Source: a bacterium
GTDB taxonomy: Bacteria > Patescibacteriota > Minisyncoccia > Phycocordibacterales > VMGT01
Reading direction: 5' to 3'
DNA length: 64,000 nucleotides
NCBI GenBank assembly: GCA_030697645.1
Contig: JAUYPI010000014.1
Coordinates: forward strand, 12,136 to 76,135
Below, one piece after another: positions 57,165 to 64,000 of the stretch. The first letter of the stretch is position 1, and each line of letters begins with the position of its first letter. Made by a program: the position numbers and the translations under genes. A model generated the notes under the pieces. That model saw only the letters and a program-made list of their open reading frames with translations. It searched no databases and was not told the DNA's origin.

Positions 57165-58064
57165 TCACTCTCGCACATTGGTGAAATGCCACAACTCTTT
57201 GAGAAGTGCCGCTTCTCTGGTCGGCGCGTCGAGTAATACTGAGCAAGCAGACAGGGGCGCCTCGCTCCCATGCGGCTCGGGCAGATACGCTCGACCATCG
57301 AGCATCTCGTTTTTTTCCGCCGCTATAAACCGTCCGCCAGGCCGAGACGAAAGTATCGACTCGTAGTAACCGCGGTACGCTTCAAGCAGAAAAATATCGA
57401 CTGTCAGATTTTTGTACCGATCAATCAGGTCGAAGCACTCCTTGACAATATCTGCTCTCGGTCCGCCATCAATGATGAACACCGCGTGGCATTTCCGTCC
57501 CGCTTGAAGTGCTTCGAGCAATCCAGTAAGCGGCAGGCGAATATACTTATGCTTATTCGGCGACTCGCCGTACTGGTCTTTGAACCCCTCGTATATATAC
57601 GCATACTCGAAATCAATGCAGTCGATTTTCACGCCATACTTCTCATCGAACCAAAAATTGTTCTTCCGGAACAGGAACTCGGCGATGAATCGTAGCGTTT
57701 TCATTTTCTTCTGCTCACGCTCGAGCCGCCGACATTCCGGAGGCACGTCCCATACGTTCTGCGATTCAGAGCGCAAAAATGCGACGTAGTCTTTTAGGGA
57801 CCAAACGTTTCGGGCTGTTGTCCCACCCGGAAAATACGAGAGCATCCTCGCATACCAGAGCGGCGATCGCTCAACGGCGACGTAACGCGCGACAATGTTC
57901 GCCGTAATCAACTCGTCTACAAAGAACTTCGTTGAGTCCCCCGACCCGTATTCGATAATGAAATGCTCCCTCTCTAGGCTCGAATTTTTTCGCCGAAGCA
58001 GATGCGTGGTTATATACCGCACTGCAGTGGCGCTCATCAGAGGTATACACTCATGCGTAGTCAT
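57165..58064 (-). CDS. Divergent methyltransferase-like protein
   Basis: IIEYGSGDST, VAVE....WY, FIIDGGPR; start trimmed to MTTHE. Confidence 0.6.
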   Translation of the reverse strand: MTTHECIPLMSATAVRYITTHLLRRKNSSLEREHFIIEYGSGDSTKFFVDELITANIVARYVAVERSPLWYARMLSYFPGGTTARNVWSLKDYVAFLRSESQNVWDVPPECRRLEREQKKMKTLRFIAEFLFRKNNFWFDEKYGVKIDCIDFEYAYIYEGFKDQYGESPNKHKYIRLPLTGLLEALQAGRKCHAVFIIDGGPRADIVKECFDLIDRYKNLTVDIFLLEAYRGYYESILSSRPGGRFIAAEKNEMLDGRAYLPEPHGSEAPLSACSVLLDAPTREAALLKELWHFTNVRE

Positions 58065-58068
58065 AATG

Positions 58069-58653
58069 TCATTTATTTTCGAACATTTCCGTGAGTGCCT
58101 CGCACCAACTGTGGAGGATCCACTGATGAGCGTCTTGAATCTCTTGGGTTGATGAGGATGGCACGATAATCTCATAGTCCGCGCGACCTTTCATCGCACC
58201 GCCGTCCTTGCCGAGGAGGCTCACGGTCTTGAGACGCTGTCGGCGCGCCTCGTCGACCCCCGCAAGGATGTTCGGTGAGTTTCCGCTCGTTGAGATTGCT
58301 ATAAAAACATCGCCCGTTCTCCCAAGCGCCTCGATCTGGCGTGCAAAAACGCTCTCGAAGCCAACGTCGTTACTCCACGCGGTGAGGAACGACGTATCGG
58401 TGGTGAGCGCAAGCGCGGGGAGAGCGCGGCGTTTGCTTTTATTGAACGACCCCACGAGCTGTGAGGCAAAATACTCGGCGTGCGTCGCGCTCGCGCCGTT
58501 TCCTGCGATAAGCACCTTACAACCGCTCGCAAGCGAGGCGCCGAGACACTCCCGCGCAGACTCGACGCGTCCCAGGAGCTCCTCATCCGCTTGCATGCGC
58601 TCGAGCGTCTGAGACAGTGCATCAAGATATAGTCGAAACGTTCTCGTGTGCAT
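58069..58653 (-). CDS. gmhA: Phosphoheptose isomerase (SIS) family
   Basis: AGNGASA, WSND.GF..VFARQ, ISTSGNSPN, G.DGG, IQ..H. Confidence 0.8.
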   Translation of the reverse strand: MHTRTFRLYLDALSQTLERMQADEELLGRVESARECLGASLASGCKVLIAGNGASATHAEYFASQLVGSFNKSKRRALPALALTTDTSFLTAWSNDVGFESVFARQIEALGRTGDVFIAISTSGNSPNILAGVDEARRQRLKTVSLLGKDGGAMKGRADYEIIVPSSSTQEIQDAHQWILHSWCEALTEMFENK

Positions 58654-58655
58654 AG

Positions 58656-59723
58656 TTAATGAATTCTAGCGGCAAAATATTCTCCCATCCACTCTCTGAA
58701 TTGGCGATCGGGGCGGACGACGGTCTTAAACGTCTGCCCCACGCCACGCATCAATATCAACCCGAGATCTGACCCGACATTTTTTTTGTCCCTGCCGAGC
58801 GCGTCCATAAATGTATCGAAGTTACTGTCTCCCATGTCAAAACCCGCACAGACCTTCGAAAAAAATGCGCTGAGGTCTTCAAACAGCTCTTTTGAGATAA
58901 ACCCCAGCTTCATCGAGATGAAATTCGCCATGTCCATACCGAACACAACCCCTATGCCGTGCGGTATCTTGTGGTGGGTCACGCACTCAAGAGCATGTCC
59001 GAAGGAATGGCCGTAATTCAAAACCTGTCTTTCATTCCGGTCGAATTCGTCCAGTTCTATAATTTTTTTCTTAATCTCGAGACTCCTCTCAATAACTCCC
59101 CGCAGAGTCTCCCGATCGGTGAGTGCGCGAACATACTCACGAACAAAGCGTTCGTAATCCCGCTCTCCGGAGACAATATAGTAGTGCAGCATCTCACCTA
59201 GCCCTGATTTCATATCGCGCTCGGGCAGCGTGTCGAGCCACGTCATGTCAATAAAAATTTGGTGCGGCGGATAAAAATTGCCCACCTGATTTTTGTAGCG
59301 TCCAAAGTTAATCGCTGTTTTACTCCCAATACAGCTGTCGCCCATCGCAAGGAGCGTCGTCGGGAAAAACGACCACGCCACGCCTCGATAAAGAATGGAG
59401 GCTACAAAGGCCGTCACGTCCTGTGTAATACCCCCGCCAATCGCGACAAGACGGTTGTTTTTCCTGAAGCCATTCTCAATCAGGTGCTCAAGCACCGACA
59501 CGACCCCGAGATAACTCTTCTTCTCCTCGGTCGCGTCAAGGACAACGTGCCCGTGGCCGCGGACAAGAGCTCCGATCGTACGCTCGTACAGCTCGAGGAC
59601 ATTTTTATCAACGATCACAAAATCGCCCTCCGAGAGGCATGACGCGAGCGTAGTTGGTGCATCATCGACAAAAGCAGCCGTGTAATTATGGACCGAAGAT
59701 TTTACTGAAAAAGTATGCAGCAT
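58656..59723 (-). CDS. AroB-related sugar-phosphate cyclase (3-dehydroquinate synthase family)
   Basis: GGGITQD, RG....FPTTLLA..DS.IG.K, KN..G.F, SG.GE, LNYGHSFGHA.E, HG. Confidence 0.85.
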   Translation of the reverse strand: MLHTFSVKSSVHNYTAAFVDDAPTTLASCLSEGDFVIVDKNVLELYERTIGALVRGHGHVVLDATEEKKSYLGVVSVLEHLIENGFRKNNRLVAIGGGITQDVTAFVASILYRGVAWSFFPTTLLAMGDSCIGSKTAINFGRYKNQVGNFYPPHQIFIDMTWLDTLPERDMKSGLGEMLHYYIVSGERDYERFVREYVRALTDRETLRGVIERSLEIKKKIIELDEFDRNERQVLNYGHSFGHALECVTHHKIPHGIGVVFGMDMANFISMKLGFISKELFEDLSAFFSKVCAGFDMGDSNFDTFMDALGRDKKNVGSDLGLILMRGVGQTFKTVVRPDRQFREWMGEYFAARIH

Positions 59724-59776
59724 ATCTAATCCCTGTAATTGTAATCACCCGCACGAAACACCAAACCTCTCGCCAT

Positions 59777-59950
59777 ACCACCCACGTCTCATAATTTCGC
59801 GCATAGCGAGAGGTGTTTAGGAAACGCGAGCCTGAATAGAAAAACGCATCTGTTTCTGGCCCGCAGGCGAGTTATGCGTTTTTCGTCGCTGAGGCGACTA
59901 TCATTTCCAAACACCGAAGCTCGAGCGCGAAATTATGAGACGTGGGTGGT
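59777..59950 (+). ncRNA. Rod-like structured element, copy B
   Basis: Perfect 26-bp outer stem 59777-59802/59925-59950; core shared with copy A with compensatory changes. Confidence 0.7.
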
Positions 59951-59956
59951 TACCCC

Positions 59957-60712
59957 CTATACACTCACAAACCCCCCGTCGACGATAATATTTTGCGCGG
60001 TGATGAAAGTGTTCAGATCGCTTGTTAAGAACAGCACGACTTTCGCTATCTCGTCTGGTTCTGCACAGCGCCGGAGTGGCACTTTTGCGAGAAGCGCATC
60101 GCGCTCGCGGGGATCAGCAAGCATCCGTTTTGTCATCTCTGTCGCCACGAAGCCGGGCGAAACTGCGTTTACAAGGATATTATACGGGGCAAGGTCAACT
60201 GCTGCGGCCTTGGTGAGGCCAATCAGCGCATTTTTAGACGTTATATACGAGACGCGCTTGTCGCGTGCGACAACGCCAAAAATGGACGCGACATTAACGA
60301 TGCGCCCGTATCCGTTTTTCTTCATCATGACGCTCGTCTCTTGTAGCAGCTGCAGGGGGCCAGTCACATTCACCTTCATCACGTTCTCGAAGTCCACTGT
60401 ACTCGTCTCGCCAATTGCCCCGACCTCATTGATACCGGCATTGTTCACCAATATATCAACGCGCCCGTAGCACTCCTCTACTTCCGTCACAAAAGAGTCA
60501 CACGAGCCGTCCTCGAGAAAATCCAGATGAAAGTAATTTGCTCGCCGCTCACGACGAAAAGTGAGACCCTGCGCGGCGCTCAGACGATCCAGGTCCGTGC
60601 CGGTGGCAATGACTTCTCCGCCAAGCGCCGCGAAATGCTCGGCAATACTTTTCCCGATGCCGCGCGTGCCGCCGGTCACAATAATTATCTTGCCGGTGAA
60701 ATCAAATTGCAT
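59957..60712 (-). CDS. SDR oxidoreductase (FabG-like)
   Basis: TGGTRGIG, LVNNAG, YITSK, VSPGFV.T. Confidence 0.9.
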   Translation of the reverse strand: MQFDFTGKIIIVTGGTRGIGKSIAEHFAALGGEVIATGTDLDRLSAAQGLTFRRERRANYFHLDFLEDGSCDSFVTEVEECYGRVDILVNNAGINEVGAIGETSTVDFENVMKVNVTGPLQLLQETSVMMKKNGYGRIVNVASIFGVVARDKRVSYITSKNALIGLTKAAAVDLAPYNILVNAVSPGFVATEMTKRMLADPRERDALLAKVPLRRCAEPDEIAKVVLFLTSDLNTFITAQNIIVDGGFVSV

Positions 60713-61373
60713 ACGGCATCCCTGTGGGGTGCGCGTGCGGCGCAAGCGAAACGGCCGCGCTACCCCCGAACTTCTGCTGTATCCAGCTTGTAAGCATGTG
60801 GTTCAAGATCAGGTGAACGTCCTCAACCGGCCCGTACTCGCCCTTCGGCGTCGCCACGACGATCGGCACATGGCAGAGGTCCTTCAGCTTCCCGCCGTCA
60901 AACCCGAGAAGTCCGAGGACCGTCCCCTGCCTCTCGCGCACCCACTCTGCTGCTCTCACCACATTCGGGGAATTGCCGCTCGCTGAGATCACGACGAGCA
61001 CGTCCCCGTCTCTGTAGTGTATCGCAAGCTGCTTCGTGAAGATGTCGTCATATCCGTAATCGTTGCCGACAGCGGTCATGGTTGACACATGATCCGTGAG
61101 CGGGAAAACCCGGTACGGCCGATTACGCTGCGCCACCTTCACCATCGCCATCCCGATGTCGTTCCCTATATGCGAGGCCGTTGACGCGGACCCGCCGTTT
61201 CCTGCCACGAACACCGTACTGTCGTGGACTCGCGCGTTTTCGAGTGTTTGCATAAACGCGCTGATCGCTCCCTGGTCAAGGGACTCAAGAAGCCCAGCGA
61301 GGTAGCGGAAATAACCACCGGCAAAGGCCTCGATGTTTTGACTCGCTAAAAATATTTTTTCCAGGTTATTCAT
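60702..61373 (-). CDS. SIS-domain sugar isomerase (GmhA-like), second copy
   Basis: AGNGGSAS.ASH, GND.GY, ISASGNSPN, GFDGG, ED.H. Confidence 0.85.
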   Translation of the reverse strand: MNNLEKIFLASQNIEAFAGGYFRYLAGLLESLDQGAISAFMQTLENARVHDSTVFVAGNGGSASTASHIGNDIGMAMVKVAQRNRPYRVFPLTDHVSTMTAVGNDYGYDDIFTKQLAIHYRDGDVLVVISASGNSPNVVRAAEWVRERQGTVLGLLGFDGGKLKDLCHVPIVVATPKGEYGPVEDVHLILNHMLTSWIQQKFGGSAAVSLAPHAHPTGMPYAI

Positions 61374-61409
61374 ACCCTTCCAGAGAGTACCGGTTAAGCT
61401 GGTTACAGG

Positions 61410-62444
61410 CTACGCATCAGGGTCCGCGATGCTAAATTTATCACGCCATGCTCGATCGGCGAAGTAGATCCGGTAGACCAATTTCATGGTGTCGAGCGCG
61501 TCTTCGCTCGTGCCGAACTTTACAGGAGCGCCGCCTTGTATGGCATCGGCGAACTCGTCTATTTCACGCTTCCAGGAATTATCATCCAGGTATTTAATGG
61601 TCTCAGAGCCCAGTGTACCCTGGTCCGAATCGCCTCGCCGCCCAATCTGCAGTGTTTCCTCCCCGTAGCTTTTTGAACCGGTCACGAGGCCGGAGAGCTT
61701 GAGATATCCCTTTTCTAAAAAGACATGCAGAGAAAAACCGTGTTCCCAGAGGGTGGCGCTCGAGTGGATCATGGCAACCCTCCCCCGCTCGTCTTTCATG
61801 ATGGCGTACGCATTATCCTCCACGTCGTGGTTCCAAAAATCGTTCGACACAGCACTCCGCACCTCCCGAAACTCCCCACAGAACAAACGCATCAAGTCCA
61901 GCATGTGGATTCCTTGATCAAGGAGAATGCCCCCTCCGGCGTATTTTCTTTCCGATCGCCACCCCCCGGAAAACGGGACTACTTTGCTCTTCCCATACAC
62001 CCCGCGTACGTTGATAATTTCCCCCATCTCTCCCGACTCGATAATCTTCAGGGCCGCCTGAACAGAGTCGTGGTACCGGTGGTTAAATCCATATTTCAAA
62101 ATTAAACCCGGGTGCGATTTTTCTTCCTGTATCACCTCCTCAATGTCTTTGACCGAGCGACCGGGCGGCTTTTCGCAAAAAACATGGAGGCCTTGTTTGA
62201 GCCCCGCGATGGTCGCCTCCGGAGCAAGGTAGTTGGGGACAGAAACAAACAGAGCATCCAAGTCCTCTTTCAGCAGGTGTTGGTAGTCTCGATACGCCCG
62301 CGCGCCGCCCGCCTCCACAACGTCTTCGGGAAACGTTATGTCAGAGACCGCAACGGTCGTGAGCACGGGGTGCGCGTCTATAAAACTTCTCCGCCTCTTG
62401 CCCACGACCCCGTACCCGACAATGCCTACCCTCTTTTTTATCAT
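61410..62444 (-). CDS. Gfo/Idh/MocA oxidoreductase
   Basis: GYGVVG, CEKPP, GFNHRY, GGGILLDQGIH. Confidence 0.9.
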   Translation of the reverse strand: MIKKRVGIVGYGVVGKRRRSFIDAHPVLTTVAVSDITFPEDVVEAGGARAYRDYQHLLKEDLDALFVSVPNYLAPEATIAGLKQGLHVFCEKPPGRSVKDIEEVIQEEKSHPGLILKYGFNHRYHDSVQAALKIIESGEMGEIINVRGVYGKSKVVPFSGGWRSERKYAGGGILLDQGIHMLDLMRLFCGEFREVRSAVSNDFWNHDVEDNAYAIMKDERGRVAMIHSSATLWEHGFSLHVFLEKGYLKLSGLVTGSKSYGEETLQIGRRGDSDQGTLGSETIKYLDDNSWKREIDEFADAIQGGAPVKFGTSEDALDTMKLVYRIYFADRAWRDKFSIADPDA

Positions 62445-62448
62445 AGCG

Positions 62449-63369
62449 TTATCTCTTGAAGTGTCGCCTCAAGTGCTCTATGGCACTCATGCCCATCGCG
62501 AGAACCGCTTCTTTGGAGTTGCCTCCTATGTGCGGCGTCGTTATCACGTTCTCGAGCGCGAGTAATTCTTTGTCCTTGGGAGGCTCCTCGTTGTAGACGT
62601 CAATCGCCGCCCCGGCAAGCCTGCCAGATTTTAGAGCCTGCGTCAAGGCCTCTAGCTTCACTATGGGACCGCGCGCGGTATTAATGAGGTGTGAGTCAGG
62701 CCGCATCATCGAAAGCGTTCCCTCGTTGACGAGAGCGCGTGTCGCTTCTGTAAGCGGCGTGTGGATACTTACTATATCTGCACGCCTAAAAATTTCCTCC
62801 TTACTGACCTCCTCAACCCCCTCGTCGCGGTAGTAATCGGCCTGATCAATAATATCGTTTACCAATATCCGGCAGCCAAAGGGCTTGAGCAGGCGAATGA
62901 CTTCTTTTCCGACATGCCCAACGCCGATGATGCCGACCGTCTTCCCGCTCAACTCGAAACCGCCGCTCTTGTCCCACTCTCCGCGCTTTAATCGGGCTGA
63001 TGTCTTAAAAAGATTCCGCGAGAGCGCAAGCATGAAGCCGAGCGTCATTTCTGCGACCGAGAGTCGGTTCACGCCGCCGGTCCAGCCAATCGTGATGTTG
63101 CGCCGCGCACAAGCCTCACCGTCAATGTTGTCGAGTCCGACGCCATATTTCGCGATTATTTCTAAATTTAGGCGCTTGTCTAACACCCCTTCGTGTATTC
63201 TCTCGAGTCCGACAATCGCCCCACGAGCATCGCCAATAAAGAATGCCAGGTCATCGTCCGCGAGCGCCCGATCACTATTGAACGCAGTATCCGGAAAATG
63301 TTTCAAGAGCTCCTCTCGCAACTCTTTTGTCCCGGAGAATGTCCGGGAAGTTACAACAATTTCACTCAT
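62449..63369 (-). CDS. D-3-phosphoglycerate dehydrogenase-like 2-hydroxyacid dehydrogenase
   Basis: YGVGLDNID, GVGHVG, INTARG, DV..EEP, TPHIGG. Confidence 0.9.
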   Translation of the reverse strand: MSEIVVTSRTFSGTKELREELLKHFPDTAFNSDRALADDDLAFFIGDARGAIVGLERIHEGVLDKRLNLEIIAKYGVGLDNIDGEACARRNITIGWTGGVNRLSVAEMTLGFMLALSRNLFKTSARLKRGEWDKSGGFELSGKTVGIIGVGHVGKEVIRLLKPFGCRILVNDIIDQADYYRDEGVEEVSKEEIFRRADIVSIHTPLTEATRALVNEGTLSMMRPDSHLINTARGPIVKLEALTQALKSGRLAGAAIDVYNEEPPKDKELLALENVITTPHIGGNSKEAVLAMGMSAIEHLRRHFKR

Positions 63370-63998
63370 GATGGCGACTTCACGTACGTTGCAATAAGGG
63401 GATCGGATTTCATCCGCGCGATGACTCTCTCGAGGTCCTCCGGCGTATCAACGGAGCTGGTATCTGTGTCCGTTATCGACGTCTGCAAGCGAATGCCGTT
63501 TTCAATAACGCGCAGCATGTCAACGGACTCTATTGTCTCTAGGGGCGTCGCGGGCATGCGGTTGTACTTTATCAGGAAATCTTTGTTGAAAAGAATAATG
63601 CCGAGCTGCTTTAACATCGGTATCTCACCTTTGTATTTCGCGTCCGATGGAATAGGAGATCGAGAAAGATAGAGCGCCCTCCCCGTGCCGTCCACTACCA
63701 CCTTTACGGTGTTGGGGCTTTCAAAAGTCTCACGGTCCACGCGCGCAATAATGTTCAAGATATTGAGAGACGGATCGTCTAACATCGGCCGGATTGCTTT
63801 TTCGAGCATTTCCGGCACGACCATCGGCTCATCGCCCTGCACCATGACGACGAGGTCTATCGACTCGCCGGTCGCCTCTTCGATCTTCGCGACCGCCTCT
63901 GCGGTACGATCAGTGGCACGCTCGTGCGTATTCGCGGTCATCACCGCCTTCCCGCCAATGCTCTCTACATAATCAAAAATCTCCTGGTCGCACGTCGC
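63366..63998 (-). CDS. kdsB: 3-deoxy-manno-octulosonate cytidylyltransferase-like (5' end outside window)
   Basis: ATCD, T...H.RATDR, VQGDEP, PN.VKVV, ALY.SRSPIP, LE..ES.D.LR, VDT.EDL; frame open to window edge. Confidence 0.85.
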   Translation of the reverse strand, partial: ATCDQEIFDYVESIGGKAVMTANTHERATDRTAEAVAKIEEATGESIDLVVMVQGDEPMVVPEMLEKAIRPMLDDPSLNILNIIARVDRETFESPNTVKVVVDGTGRALYLSRSPIPSDAKYKGEIPMLKQLGIILFNKDFLIKYNRMPATPLETIESVDMLRVIENGIRLQTSITDTDTSSVDTPEDLERVIARMKSDPLIATYVKSPS

Positions 63999-64000
63999 CA

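Noticed and set aside
57050-57290. Fragments resembling CCTGYCTRCCGGCAGGCAGG-type repeats (57053-57070, 57247-57255)
   Set aside because: Too short and degenerate to support.
58656-59723. Housekeeping aroB of the shikimate pathway
   Set aside because: No aroK or other aro neighbours and it is embedded in sugar genes; left as AroB-related without a symbol.
58069-63998. LPS core biosynthesis (gmhA + kdsB)
   Set aside because: No lpx, waaA, hldE or heptosyltransferase genes in the window; cannot be supported, though not excluded genome-wide.

Overview
The window is an almost continuous 64-kb surface-glycan biosynthesis region of about 61 genes in alternating strand blocks. It is probably from a Patescibacteria/CPR (Parcubacteria-like) genome; this is an inference from the peptidoglycan-binding-domain protein, the YfhO-type GT-C protein and the gene style. 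It encodes a highly redundant ulosonic-acid toolkit: two NeuB-type synthases, NeuC, three NeuA-type cytidylyltransferases plus a KdsB-type one cut by the right edge, and a UDP-GlcNAc 4,6-dehydratase. It also holds four paralogous 'WDNL'-motif GT-B/TagF-like proteins and a Vibrio wbeKLMN-like acyl-reduction module (AcpS, ACP, ligase, Fe-ADH, LuxE, LuxC, GNAT, deacetylase). Further modules are a sedoheptulose/cyclitol-type block (two SIS/GmhA proteins, AroB-like cyclase, SDR, Gfo, with a transaldolase elsewhere), a CotH-VTC-DUF4956 triad, a flippase, AsnB, several methyltransferases (one frameshifted at a G8 tract) and a HicBA toxin-antitoxin pair. On top of the genes lies a set of small non-coding elements. 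Two copies of a ~180-nt rod-like structured element show compensatory base changes. A 92-bp TIR/TSD miniature element sits in frame inside a protein. A composite ~70-codon palindrome insertion lies inside a dehydrogenase. Heptamer-repeat hairpins occupy many gene junctions. No rRNA, tRNA, CRISPR array or transposase was recognised. All calls come from motif reading by eye, without database searches.
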